Shown in pieces: positions 19,722 through 30,682 of a stretch of DNA of 64,000 bases. Position numbers and translations under genes: made by a program. Origin of the DNA: a virus. Its lineage: Duplodnaviria; Heunggongvirae; Uroviricota; Caudoviricetes. Under the pieces are notes generated by a model. The model saw only the letters and a list, made by a program, of their open reading frames with translations, was not told the DNA's origin and made no database searches. The stretch lies in the IMG/VR virus record IMGVR_UViG_3300026549_002453; one strand, given 5' to 3'. Position 1 is the stretch's first letter. The number at the start of each line of letters is the position of its first letter.

Positions 19722-20153
19722 ATGATAAACATAAGAGAGTCAAAGTATTACCTTTTGGCGGAGCGAGATTATAAATGTTTAAGTAAGGCGTTTGAAGTAA
19801 AGTTTTACGACAACATATTTTTACAAGTAGCGACTCAATGCGTAGAAAAATATTTGAAAACAATATTATATTACAAAAAACCAAAAGCTGGAAGAATTAT
19901 GGATTCACACGATTTAACAGAGTTGAAGAGGGCAGTTAGTAGAGTCGGATTTACCACTCCTGACCTTGAAAGTATGCTAGGAATTTCTGAAATTTATAAT
20001 CGGGCCAGATATAATATGAATGAAAAATATTGGAATTTTGATTACGATGAAGCTAGTAAAATATACAGCGACGTAACCCTTATAAAGTCTATGGTAGAAG
20101 AAAAGATAGATGAATTAGAAGAAGAGGAACGTAAGCAATGGATAAACGAATAG
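19722..20153 (+). CDS. HEPN domain protein
   Basis: LAERDY...QCVEKYLK...SHDLTEL...YNRARY pattern of the HEPN family. Confidence 0.75.
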   Translation: MINIRESKYYLLAERDYKCLSKAFEVKFYDNIFLQVATQCVEKYLKTILYYKKPKAGRIMDSHDLTELKRAVSRVGFTTPDLESMLGISEIYNRARYNMNEKYWNFDYDEASKIYSDVTLIKSMVEEKIDELEEEERKQWINE

Positions 20154-21769
20154 AATTATTAATAAAATATTATGATGAAGGAATAGTAGTTCCGGCAGGT
20201 ACATTAATTTCACTAGCAGAGCTATATCCAGTTAAAGATAGAAGTTTATATAAAATATTTTCTTTAGATGAAGAAGATGAAATATCATTAAGTGAATTTA
20301 AACAGTATATACAAGAGTTAATTAAGATATCCAGGGAAACAAAATGCTAACAATAGAACCAATTGAAAAATCAATCTTATTAAAGGAAAATATAGGACTA
20401 ATCAAAAAAATAGATGTGCTAAGAGCAATTCTTATATGTGATGAAACAGGTTCAGACTTAAGCTATTTATATCAAGTGATGGAGAATATGAAGCCTCGTA
20501 CTTGTGGTGGATGTGTACATTGGAATTCCGAAACTAATGGCTGTAAGAGAAATCCAAGTGTAGAAGGTTGGAAAGAAGATGATTTTTGTAGCTATGCGGA
20601 AGGTAGGTGAAGAATAAAATATGACATCAGTAAAACTAAGAATAATTATACAGAACTTCATAGTAAGAAAACGCATAAAAAGACTAAGACAAAAATTCAC
20701 AGATTATGATTTTAGGTAGTTTCAGTGAGGCATAGCTATGAAATATTATATCATTAAACCACAGAATAGACCTATAGACAGTAAAATTATAGAAGGGTTA
20801 AAGAAAGTTGATAGAGAATATAATATAGTGGATTCCTTGGATAGTTGTGATATTGCCGTACTTCAAAGGGGATGGACTCGCTCTAAGGTTTGTGTTGCAG
20901 ATTGGAAAAAGCAAGTTAATGAGAGGCATAAACCTTGTAAAGAAGGTTATCTCTTTACGAATAAATTCAAGGTACAGTTGAGCAAGGAGGAATAAAATGA
21001 AGAAAGATTTTGATACTGAATTTGAGGTCGCTAGAGATAGATTTAATTTAAGACTGTCAAAAAAGAAAAAGGAAAATTGTAGATACTGTAAATATTGGTA
21101 TGATGTCTATGGGGATGCTCATTGTCAGAATGAGGATGTCTTAGATGTCTTGGACAGATATGAATTTTACGATTTGTATTCAGACCCCGATGAAGTGTGT
21201 GATAAATTTGAAAGTGCAATAGACGATAAGCATGACAATATTCCTATTGATAATTGTGAGGAAAATAAAATAAGTAAGGAAATCTTACTAAACGAAAAAT
21301 ATGCTATTATATCTATTCCAGAAACAGCAGTAGAAGTAGAACTTAATGTTAAAGTATTTACTGGTGGTGGAGTAGAAAAAGTAAGTAGAATACTATCTAT
21401 GGAAGAAATAAGAGAAGCATTTAATGGGTATGAAGAAGCTGAAGATTGTGGCTATATTCCTCCAGATGCTACTTTTAGACTTACTGATAAAGGCAGAGAA
21501 ATGTTAGAAGCAATGCTGTAATTATGGAAAAAATCAAAGGAGTAGTACAAAATTATAAATTTGATTTAAATGACTTAAGAGCAGGATTTACGGTGCTTAA
21601 TCTTGTTCTTGTTATTCTATTTGGAGCAGCTGGATGTTTGCTCGGATTTTGTATTGCTCTTGTTGGTGTAATTAGAGATATAGTTAAAAAAAAGAAAGTT
21701 AATAGCTATATCATTCATGTAAGTAATTGCATACTGAATATATATTTGATGATATTGTTGACAAGATAA
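20138..21769 (+). other. run of small hypothetical CDS (20138-20350, 20344-20610, 20738-20995, 20997-21521, 21524-21769 membrane protein)
   Basis: Co-oriented, translationally coupled ORFs; no functional motif beyond CxxC pairs and TM segments. Confidence 0.6.
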
Positions 21770-21779
21770 GGAGAAAAGA

Positions 21780-22136
21780 ATGAAAAAAGTTTTAGTAATT
21801 ATTAGTGCTTTGGTATTAACATTATCGATGACAGCTTGTACAAATACTATTGAAAAGCAAACTAATACAGTAACTAATCAGGAGAGTGTAACTACATTAC
21901 CTGCAGAGAAACCAATAGTTACAAGTGAACAATTAACAGAAGATACGATTAAATCTATAGTATATGAGCATGCTCAAGTAAAGCCAGAAGAAGTTAATCA
22001 CATTATTATAGAAAAAGATTTTGATGATGGTAGAGAAGAAATAGAAGTAGATTTCTGGGTAGGTAAGACTGAATATTCTTATACATTAGATTTGGGTGGA
22101 AATATTTTAGAATTTGAAGTAGAGAGAAATGATTGA
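21780..22136 (+). CDS. lipoprotein with PepSY-like domain
   Basis: Lipobox SMTAC; EIEVDFWVGKTEYSYTLDLGGNILE resembles PepSY. Confidence 0.65.
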   Translation: MKKVLVIISALVLTLSMTACTNTIEKQTNTVTNQESVTTLPAEKPIVTSEQLTEDTIKSIVYEHAQVKPEEVNHIIIEKDFDDGREEIEVDFWVGKTEYSYTLDLGGNILEFEVERND

Positions 22137-22902
22137 TAAAAAGTCTAAAATTTATATAACAGGAGATATGCACGGAGAAATTGGCATATCCAAGTTTAAT
22201 TCCGACAATTTTCCAGAAGGTAAAACTTTAACCAAAGACGACTATGTAATTGTTCTTGGTGATTTTGGTTTAGTATGGAATTATAAAGAAACAGGCTGTT
22301 CTGTACCCTCTAATCCTAATGATAAATGTTGGACAAGAGAAGAATACTATTGGCTTAAATGGTTAAATAATAAACCTTGGACAACGTTATTTATTGACGG
22401 AAATCATGAAAATTTCAATAGACTAAAGACCTACCCTATTACTGAATGGAATGGCGGGAAGGTACAAAAAATATCTGACTCAGTTATTCACCTTCTGCGA
22501 GGTGAAGTCTATACGATAAATGACACTAAGATATTTACATTTGGTGGAGCAAAGAGTATAGATAGGGGAACAGTTACAGGAACAGAGGAAAAAGATATAA
22601 ATAAGATTTGGTGGAAAGAGGAGCTACCTTCACAAGAAGAACTTGATAATGCTATATCTAATTTAGAAAAGCATCATTTTAATGTAGATTATATATTAAC
22701 TCACGCATTACCTAATAATTTACATATGAGATTAGGTTATTCTGATTTTGATACTCTTACTTCTTTTTTATGGAATGTGCATGACATGACTAAGTTTAAA
22801 GGTTGGTACTGTGGGCATTATCATAGAGATGAGCAGATAAGTTATGCCACAACAGTTTTGTTTAATAAAATAATACCTTTAGGTGATATCGTAGAAGGAT
22901 GA
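22129..22902 (+). CDS. calcineurin-like metallophosphoesterase
   Basis: TGDMHG, LGDFG, DGNHE, LTHA, CGHYH. Confidence 0.9.
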   Translation: MIDKKSKIYITGDMHGEIGISKFNSDNFPEGKTLTKDDYVIVLGDFGLVWNYKETGCSVPSNPNDKCWTREEYYWLKWLNNKPWTTLFIDGNHENFNRLKTYPITEWNGGKVQKISDSVIHLLRGEVYTINDTKIFTFGGAKSIDRGTVTGTEEKDINKIWWKEELPSQEELDNAISNLEKHHFNVDYILTHALPNNLHMRLGYSDFDTLTSFLWNVHDMTKFKGWYCGHYHRDEQISYATTVLFNKIIPLGDIVEG

Positions 22903-23134
22903 CATATGAAAAAGAAATACAAAGAAGAAATAGAAACAGTAAAAATGGTATGTGTTATATACCTACCTCTTGTGGGATTTGTATGGCTACTTGCTCTTAT
23001 CTTGGGGAGGTTTGCATGATGTATAGTCTTATAGAGTATGTAAGTTCTCTACCTAAAGTCAATCTTATTGGTACAGGGCTATGGATATTAGCGTGTGTTG
23101 GCATACTTATTTTTACGGCGGTAAGGGAAAATAG

Positions 23135-23311
23135 ATGAAAAAGACAATAGAAGAGAAAATAGAAGAAGTATTAGAAAACTGTGACTATAAAGTCAGCAAA
23201 GATAGAGTAGACGAAGATATTTGTAGGTTAGATTGTTTGCCTTGTCAAGTAGTTATTGATATGGGTCAATGTTTAGCCTTAATTGAGTTTTTTAAAAATA
23301 TAGATGTGTAA
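23135..23311 (+). CDS. 58-aa Cys-containing protein (absent from ORF track), paralog of 32416-32610
   Basis: Hand translation MKKTIEEK...ICRLDCLPCQVVIDMGQCLALIEFFKNIDV*. Confidence 0.6.
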   Translation: MKKTIEEKIEEVLENCDYKVSKDRVDEDICRLDCLPCQVVIDMGQCLALIEFFKNIDV

Positions 23312-23330
23312 AATAATTCTCTAAAAATTG

Positions 23331-23359
23331 TTTACAGAAAGATAAAATTGTGTTATAAT
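23331..23359 (+). promoter_or_regulatory. phage promoter (TTTACA-N17-TATAAT)
   Basis: Consensus match. Confidence 0.75.
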
Positions 23360-23403
23360 AGATATATAAATTATAGCACATTTTTTATAAGGAGTAAGGA
23401 CTA

Positions 23404-23667
23404 ATGTTAATAGATTTTGAAGATATCAAGCACAAACTTAATAATAGTAAGTGGTACGGAACTCAAGCATGGTGTGAGATACTGGATATTATAGGCAATT
23501 GTGATGACAAGAGCAGACCAAAAGGCGAGTGGATTCTTGAATGTGATAGCGAAGGTGAAGGAGATAATTTGTATCGTTGTTCTAAATGTGGCTGCAGATA
23601 TGGTTGTCAAGAATATGACAAGCCAAACTACTGCCTTGTCTGCGGAGCAGAAATGAGAGGAGAATAA
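23404..23667 (+). CDS. zinc-ribbon hypothetical protein
   Basis: KGEW...CSKC...CLVCGAEM; similar module in 36103-36648. Confidence 0.65.
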   Translation: MLIDFEDIKHKLNNSKWYGTQAWCEILDIIGNCDDKSRPKGEWILECDSEGEGDNLYRCSKCGCRYGCQEYDKPNYCLVCGAEMRGE

Positions 23668-23791
23668 ACGGAGATGTGGGACGATATATACAACGAAATA
23701 GATGAAAACATAGCCCCGTGCAAAGGCTGTGGTGATTACGATGGCGGTGAGTGTATAAGTAAAGGTGGTTGTGCAAGAGAGGTAAAAAATA

Positions 23792-24097
23792 ATGAATGTC
23801 AAACAGATGAAAAAACTAATTATTTCTGATAATCCTATTATTGTTATTTATGGAATTAGAAATATATGTGAATATATCTCTCGTAACTACGGTGTTAATA
23901 TAGATTTTTATCCTACTACAGAGCAACTAAAAAATATTATTAAAGATTTTGAATATTATTTTGAGTATTTTGACTCATTTGAGGGTATATGGCTTTATGA
24001 ATATGATGAGAACAATGTTTCTAATTTAGAAGTTATTTCTTTAGATACACATGGTGATAGGATAGTTATAAACTGTGGCTATAAAAGTATTTCATAG
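23792..24097 (+). CDS. hypothetical protein
   Basis: 101-aa ORF with GAGGT RBS. Confidence 0.6.
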   Translation: MNVKQMKKLIISDNPIIVIYGIRNICEYISRNYGVNIDFYPTTEQLKNIIKDFEYYFEYFDSFEGIWLYEYDENNVSNLEVISLDTHGDRIVINCGYKSIS

Positions 24098-24115
24098 AAA
24101 GAGGGCATAAAAATA

Positions 24116-24688
24116 ATGATAAAGACATTATATCCAAGTTTTCAAAGATGGTCTGAAAAAGGAAGCGTATATCTTATCAGTGATAGTCATCTTTTTGATT
24201 CTGATAGGGCATTTATGGGATATGATATTTCTGAAAGAGAACAGATTGGCATATTGAAAAAGAGATGTCATAAAGGAGATACACTTATTCATCTTGGGGA
24301 TGTGGGTGACCCCTCTCTTTTTTCTGAATTAAAGTGTCATAAAGTTCTTATTATGGGCAATCATGATGAAGCAGCAAGTAGATTTGAAGAGTACTTTGAT
24401 GAGATATATACAGGACCTCTTTGGGTTGCTGAAAAATTAGTTTTATCTCATGAGCCTCTATGTTTAGAAAGCGGAATAACAAGAAATCCCATAGCATTTA
24501 ATATACACGGGCATGACCATAGTGGAGAATATTATAGCGATGATTATCATCTTAATGTGTGTCAGAATGTTTTTGGCTACGAGCCTCTTTCTCTTAAAGA
24601 GTTCATAAATGATGGACACTTAAAAAGAATAAAATCAATACATAGGGAGATTATTGATAGGGCAACAGAAAGAAAAAAGTCTAAATAA
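24116..24688 (+). CDS. calcineurin-like metallophosphoesterase
   Basis: ISDSH, LGDVG, MGNHD, LSHEP, IHGHDH. Confidence 0.9.
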   Translation: MIKTLYPSFQRWSEKGSVYLISDSHLFDSDRAFMGYDISEREQIGILKKRCHKGDTLIHLGDVGDPSLFSELKCHKVLIMGNHDEAASRFEEYFDEIYTGPLWVAEKLVLSHEPLCLESGITRNPIAFNIHGHDHSGEYYSDDYHLNVCQNVFGYEPLSLKEFINDGHLKRIKSIHREIIDRATERKKSK

Positions 24689-24760
24689 TTTGCTGAATCA
24701 GAAACTAATTCCACACTTAAATATGAACTATTAAAAGGAAAATAAAAGGAAAATAATAAG

Positions 24761-25531
24761 ATGAAAGATATTAAAGCTTATAACAAAATAAAAAAATTTG
24801 AAAAACCAAACTACAAAGTAAATACATCTACAAGGGATATTGTAGTATCGTTTTTTCATGATGGTAAACTCGGAATTACTGCATATGTAGATAATAATTA
24901 TATTTATTGGCACTCAGTAACAACTGTAAAAAATGATAAAATTAATACTGAAATATTTAATCACATATGCAATAAAGACTATGATTTTAGCATGGGGTAT
25001 GGGAGTAGCTATGATTACAAGCAATCCTATAAAAAAGTTATAGGTAACCATTATGAAGTACACTTTGACCTGAACATAGAAAAAATGGAAGTCACTAGCC
25101 TTAGTGCTGAGGGATATTCGCATAAATATTCTGATTCTTGGGTTCATAATGGGGATGTAATAATTCCTCCTGGTAACTCATCTAATTGGGGAAAATTCTT
25201 TGTAAATGATATTAGAAGTATATTTAATTTTACTAAAGAAAAATGTAAGTTTAGAGAATTAGATGGAAAATATTTACAGACACTAAAACATTATAGAAGA
25301 ATGCTTACAGAAGCAGGTTATGATAATGAATTTGAATATGAGGGAAAAACATATAGAGGATATACTTCTGACCCAGTAGAAATATATCATAAATTTAATC
25401 CTCTTAGCAAAATTATAAATGAAGAATCTTATATATTATGTTCAGATAACGAAGAAATAAGGGAAACATATTTAAACCTAAAAAATGACCTTTACAGTAT
25501 ATATTGCACATATATGAGTATTGTGCGTTAA
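24761..25531 (+). CDS. hypothetical protein
   Basis: 256-aa ORF. Confidence 0.7.
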   Translation: MKDIKAYNKIKKFEKPNYKVNTSTRDIVVSFFHDGKLGITAYVDNNYIYWHSVTTVKNDKINTEIFNHICNKDYDFSMGYGSSYDYKQSYKKVIGNHYEVHFDLNIEKMEVTSLSAEGYSHKYSDSWVHNGDVIIPPGNSSNWGKFFVNDIRSIFNFTKEKCKFRELDGKYLQTLKHYRRMLTEAGYDNEFEYEGKTYRGYTSDPVEIYHKFNPLSKIINEESYILCSDNEEIRETYLNLKNDLYSIYCTYMSIVR

Positions 25532-25538
25532 ATTTTTG

Positions 25539-25567
25539 TTTAAAGAAATCTGTTTTTATGATATAAT
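25539..25567 (+). promoter_or_regulatory. phage promoter (TTTAAA-N17-TATAAT)
   Basis: Variant of the window consensus. Confidence 0.6.
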
Positions 25568-25590
25568 TAATATAAGGAGAAATACGGTGA

Positions 25591-26430
25591 ATGATAAATA
25601 TAAATAATTTGGGAGATTGTTCTAATAAAGATTTTATAGATATTAGAGATAATATAGAAAAGTATTTTCCAGAGTATACTTCTTCCCAACAATCTGATAT
25701 AAAAGAGTTATTTAAACTTGTACTCAGAGATGGATTTCCAATACAATTCAAATTAGATAAAGTGTGTATAGACATATATGAAGACAAACTGTGCTTTAAA
25801 AATTCTTATAATCAAGTATGTTATGAAGAGAATGATATATTAGAATGTATGCCTATATTTTATAAAGTAAATGGAAAGGAGTTTAAACTTTCTTTTACAG
25901 ATTCTAGAAACTCCCAGCCTGTAAACATAAGGTGGAGGGTGGATGATGGATACTCTGAAAAAGATTATGAAGATTTTGATAACTATATAACAGAATATGG
26001 AAGTACAGTATCTATTCATGATGGAGATATTATAAGTGTATGTAAAAATTTATCTGATAGTACAACTAAAGGATTACAATTATTAAAGTACGCGGTAAAA
26101 CATGGAGGTAACAAACTAGATGCGTATTCACACTTATATAGATTTTATGTAACCTCTGGGTTTACTCCCATATCGGTGTGCAGGTGGGATGATGAGTTTG
26201 CACTTCCTGACTGGTTAGAAGCTAATAGATTTAAAGATGATTCTTGGAAAGAGTTACCAGACACTAATTTTAATGTTAAACGTGAAGATATTATTTTCTT
26301 TATATATACTGAAACAACTAACGTTACATTAGATTATGAAGAATGGGTAGAACAAGTAGAATATAGTAAAGACTATAATGAAGCAAAGTTTAAGCGTGAT
26401 AAAATTTTAGAAGAAATGGGAGGGAACTAA
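25591..26430 (+). CDS. protein with C-terminal GNAT-like acetyltransferase domain
   Basis: DGDIISVCKN...GLQLLKYAVKHGGNKLDAY...LYRFYVTSGF resembles phage GNAT-fold domains. Confidence 0.5.
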   Translation: MININNLGDCSNKDFIDIRDNIEKYFPEYTSSQQSDIKELFKLVLRDGFPIQFKLDKVCIDIYEDKLCFKNSYNQVCYEENDILECMPIFYKVNGKEFKLSFTDSRNSQPVNIRWRVDDGYSEKDYEDFDNYITEYGSTVSIHDGDIISVCKNLSDSTTKGLQLLKYAVKHGGNKLDAYSHLYRFYVTSGFTPISVCRWDDEFALPDWLEANRFKDDSWKELPDTNFNVKREDIIFFIYTETTNVTLDYEEWVEQVEYSKDYNEAKFKRDKILEEMGGN

Positions 26431-26431
26431 A

Positions 26432-26950
26432 ATGACTAAAAAGAACTATGAAAAAGAAGTAAAGAGAAGATTATATGAGGAATGTAATTCTTCAACTAAA
26501 CAAGAAATTGATACATTTATTGAAAATAATCAAGATTTTTTCTATAGCTATTATTTTGATACACAAAAAGAAAGTTACAAATATAACGACGAGTATGCTA
26601 TTCAATCAGCTGTGGATAATTTTTTGATGGCACTGTAAATTATGGATAGACAAACATTTTTTGAACGAGTAATTAATAAGACACAAGTTAAAAGACCCAT
26701 ATATACTTTAGAACAGGTTAAGAATGAAGCAGAGGAGTAATTTATGAAATATTTTGATACACCCGAAGCTAGAGATATTTTAAAGAAAGGTCTTGATGAG
26801 GCTGAGAGGGGCGGATATGCCAAGGCTATCAAAGACTTGAAAGAGGTTATCATAGAGTTAGAAGATGCAGGCATAGAAGTTCCATGGGAGGCTCAAAACA
26901 CGTTAGAGTATATGTATGTAAAGAGATATTGTAGGAGAGAAGGAATATGA
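26432..26950 (+). other. small hypothetical CDS (26432-26638, 26744-26950)
   Basis: Co-oriented ORFs with RBS. Confidence 0.55.
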
Positions 26951-27658
26951 GTCATTATGCGGTAGCAGTTATTCACAAGGAAAATCAAGATATTGATGAA
27001 ATGTTAGCTAGATATAGCGAACACCTTGAGGTAGAACCTTATATTCAACGTACTAAAGAGGAAGTAATACAAGATGCTAAAGACCGTAGGGATAGAATGA
27101 TTGCACAAAATAGGCAAGACGAAGAATGGGTGCAAGTATACATTAACGCAAAAACGGATGAAGAATTGTATAAATGCGAAGTTGACGACTATGTTGATGA
27201 AGATGGCAATGAACTTTCTACATATAACCCAGACTCCAAGTGGGATTGGTATGTAGTTGGTGGTAGATGGGGTGGTTTACTCAAGAGTAAAGAAGATGGA
27301 GAATATTATGATGAACTCCCTATGACCGACATAGATTTTTCTCGTAACGAAGAAGAATATAAAAATGCTCTTGAAGAATGGGAAGATATTATGGCAGGCA
27401 AAACTTTCTATAGACCAGAATATTATCTTGAAACTTATGGCACAAAGGAAGAGTATGCTCGTAGAGTATCTGAGTTTAGTACTTATGCTATTCTTACCCC
27501 AGAAGATGAATGGATAGAACCAGGAAAAAATGGGTTGGTTTGGTGTAAGTAACGCTTCTTCAGAAGATAAAAGGAAGTATGAAGAAGGATATATGGATAT
27601 TATTAACAGATATATGTCTGATGAATATATTATGACTATAGTTGATTGTCATATTTAG
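26947..27658 (+). pseudogene. hypothetical phage protein interrupted by a frameshift in an A6 run
   Basis: Removing one A from 27525-27530 gives ...EPGKMGWFGVSNASSEDKRKYEEGYMDIINRYMSDEYIMTIVDCHI* ending at TAG 27658, just before the next RBS. Confidence 0.65.
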
Positions 27659-27670
27659 GAGGTGGTTATT

Positions 27671-28173
27671 ATGAATCACCTTATTGAAATAGAAAATAAA
27701 TTATATGAACATTTTAACAGATTTAGAAATAGAGAACAAATTACAAAATTTGTAGGTAATTATAAAGATATAATAGAAGATTTGTACAACAAAGGTTATT
27801 CTATGGATAAAATCTATAAGGACCTTAAATCTGAATTAGAAGAATGTATAGCATTAGATAGAATATTTCATGCAATAGAACAACAGGAGCGGTAAAATTG
27901 TTAGGGTATACCATATTTATAGTATTATGTTATTTCATATTATTATTACTTGGGTTTGATAATTATTCTGCTAGTATGTCTTGTATAACTGTATGGGTAT
28001 TTTTACCAGTGTTTATATACGCTTATAAAGAAATAACAAGCGGAAATGACCATACTTGTAGAACTTGTGGGCACAGGGCAATGTGGTGGTGTAAACTGAC
28101 GAGAGATACAGTGGATGAAAAGTGCAGTTGTGAAAAATATATCGGCATATTTGAAGAAAAGAAAAAATTATGA
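27671..28173 (+). other. two small hypothetical CDS (27671-27895; 27898-28173 membrane/Cys-rich)
   Basis: Co-oriented ORFs. Confidence 0.55.
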
Positions 28174-28229
28174 ATGCGCGCTCAGTTAAAGACTTAGTAC
28201 TTTTCTTGGCAAGTAGCTATAAATTATTG

Positions 28230-28275
28230 TTTACAAGGTCTCCTTTTTATGATATAATATTATCAAGAAAGGAGA
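28230..28275 (+). promoter_or_regulatory. phage promoter overlapped by an RBS-sequestering hairpin
   Basis: TTTACA 28230-35, TATAAT 28253-58; TCTCCTTT 28239-46 is complementary to AAAGGAGA 28268-75. Confidence 0.75.
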
Positions 28276-28284
28276 TTTTTATTC

Positions 28285-28506
28285 ATGAAGTTTGATTTTT
28301 CCAGTAAGTCATTTTCCAGGTACTGTAAGACTGGGGATGTTCGCTCTTTTGAAAAGAAAGAGATTTGTTGTTTTTGTAAAAAAGAAATTACTGGCTATAG
28401 AAATAATCCTGCGCCTGTAAAATCTTCTGTTCACACCTGCTGCGATATGTGTAATAAAGAAATAGTTATTCCCGCTAGATTAAGGAGGTACCACAATGAA
28501 TCCTAA
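28285..28506 (+). CDS. small zinc-binding hypothetical protein
   Basis: CCFC...NNPAPV...CCDMC. Confidence 0.7.
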   Translation: MKFDFSSKSFSRYCKTGDVRSFEKKEICCFCKKEITGYRNNPAPVKSSVHTCCDMCNKEIVIPARLRRYHNES

Positions 28507-28945
28507 TAGATATCCTGCAGGGCAAAGTAATGGAGGACAATTTGCTCCTAAAAATAGTGGGCTTTCTTCAGAAGTAAAGCAATCTCTATCTAAAAAGTCT
28601 AAAACTAGGAAAAAGTTAGAAAATTTAGAAATGAAGAGTATTTCCTCTAAACTTGATGGAAAGATAGATAATGACCTGAATTCTTTATATCATGCAATAA
28701 AGCATGGACACTCAAAGATGGTATCTAAGAAAAATCTTAACAGAGTAAAATCCACTCTTGAAGACCCAGACTTTGTGTATAAAGGAGACAACAGTTGGAA
28801 TTGTTACTATAAGAAATATCCAGGAATTACTAAAAGATATGATTATGTAAAAGTCGTAGTTAATCCTAAAAAGAAAAGAGTAGTAACATTTTTTGGAGCT
28901 AAAATTACAGAGGAGGAAAAAGATAAACTCTATGAAAAACAATAA
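28496..28945 (+). CDS. putative BECR/RelE-like RNase toxin domain protein with N-terminal RxPAGxxxGGQF motif
   Basis: NRYPAGQSNGGQFAPK; H-x-x-x-x-H, TLEDPDFVY, YVKVVVN, VVTFF strand pattern. Confidence 0.5.
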   Translation: MNPNRYPAGQSNGGQFAPKNSGLSSEVKQSLSKKSKTRKKLENLEMKSISSKLDGKIDNDLNSLYHAIKHGHSKMVSKKNLNRVKSTLEDPDFVYKGDNSWNCYYKKYPGITKRYDYVKVVVNPKKKRVVTFFGAKITEEEKDKLYEKQ

Positions 28946-29210
28946 AAAAAATATTGCAGTATATTATGACGATGATAACGATGTAATGTCTATTTATACT
29001 GGAAACGAAGAAGAATATTACGGAGAACAAGAAGGGGATTATATAGAACTGCGAAGCGCAGAGACTAATAAACCTGTAGGCTATATTATATTTAATTATG
29101 AAAAGCATTTAGAAGATGAATCTATATTAAAGATGCCTTGGAGAAAAATAGATTTTGTAGTAGAAATAGCTCCCGTTATTGCTAAATATTTTGAGGAAAA
29201 TTATGAATAG
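28932..29210 (+). CDS. DUF2283-like protein (putative antitoxin/immunity)
   Basis: VYYDDDNDVMSIY...IELRS...KPVGYIIFNY; overlaps the toxin-like gene. Confidence 0.65.
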   Translation: MKNNKKNIAVYYDDDNDVMSIYTGNEEEYYGEQEGDYIELRSAETNKPVGYIIFNYEKHLEDESILKMPWRKIDFVVEIAPVIAKYFEENYE

Positions 29211-30679
29211 TATTTTTATGGGTCCGTTTTTTATTATATTTCTTGAATTGATGGGTGGTTGTTTAATGTGCGGTTTTCTTTATGTTATGGCCACTAAGAT
29301 ATCGGATTTAAAAGAAGAACAGTTTATAAACGAATTAAAGGCCGCGTTTAAAGAAAACTTTGGAAGTGAGGATGTTGATATCAACTAGGAGGTAAAATTA
29401 TGACTGACCGTGAATGGATAGCAAATTATAATTACAGTAGACTAATGTACATAAAGCCCAATGGTTTAAAATATATACGCGAAGAATCAGATATTGATAT
29501 TACTAACATTATAACGAGATTCTTTGGTAAAAACACGGTGCATAAAGCAATTGTTACACTATCAAAAGATACTTCAGAAAAAGAGATATGGAATCCTGAT
29601 GCGTTTAAAATATTCACTTTACGCTATGAAACTGAAATAAAGACAGAATCCTGGGAAACATTTAAGCACTTTACATTTGATGAAAATCCAATTACAATTT
29701 ATTTTACTAGTGGTGATATCGTAAAATTTATAGATGGCACAATGTTTAAAATAAAGTAGGAGGGAATTATGGGTTGTTCAAAATGTTTACATGTAGAAAC
29801 TTGTAGAGATGCAAATAGTGAAGTGACACAACATTGTAATAATTATGATAATGAAATGCTTGGTAAAATAACAAGAGTAGTAAGGTTACTTACGAATTAT
29901 ACTACCCCTTTTATTTTTTATAAGTATTCTACTCAAAAGTTAAAAGAATTTAGTGACAGGGAGTGTGTAGTTTGTGAGGCGTATGAATCTAAGGAACACT
30001 TTGATGATGTGGCATTTACTCACTGCAGCAGGTCCGCTTATGAAATTGTATTCCCTGTAGATTATCTTGAGTGGCAAAATGATAAAATAATTCAAGATAT
30101 GTTTGAATCATTGACTATACATGACGAATTATTATATAATACTCGAATTAGTAGACTAAAAGAGAGAAATGATAAACTACAGGTATCTGTTACTGTAGAC
30201 AAAGAACAATTTGATAAATTAGTGGAAATGAAACTAGTAAAACCTGAAGTATGGAACTATAACTTTGAAAGTTTGTATCCAGATAGATTGTTTTCTACTA
30301 GGAACAGATTTGAAGAAAAATTTGACAAGGATAAACAATGAAGAATAAATACAGTAGTAGAAATGTATCATATAGATATAGTTGTAACAATTGGTGTTGT
30401 CCTTGTAATGATGGTACTAAAGGTTGCTATGCAGAAGAAAGTATTATGGATTTATGCGATTTTGATGATGCGGGTTTTACTAAACATCTAAATAAGTGCT
30501 ATAATGATATGCTAAAGGGTGAAGAAGAATATAATCTTGCTTGTAAAGATTTTTATTTCTATTGCGATACAGTATATGAACCTTGTCCTGCTAATTATAA
30601 AGGATATTGTAGTGAACTGGAAGATGGGTGCATAAATCCTAAAGAATGTGATATAAGATTAGAGTTATTAAAGGAGTAA
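29203..30679 (+). other. run of hypothetical CDS (29203-29388, 29400-29759, 29769-30341, 30338-30679)
   Basis: Co-oriented ORFs with GGAGG RBSs; two are Cys-rich. Confidence 0.6.
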
Positions 30680-30682
30680 GAT

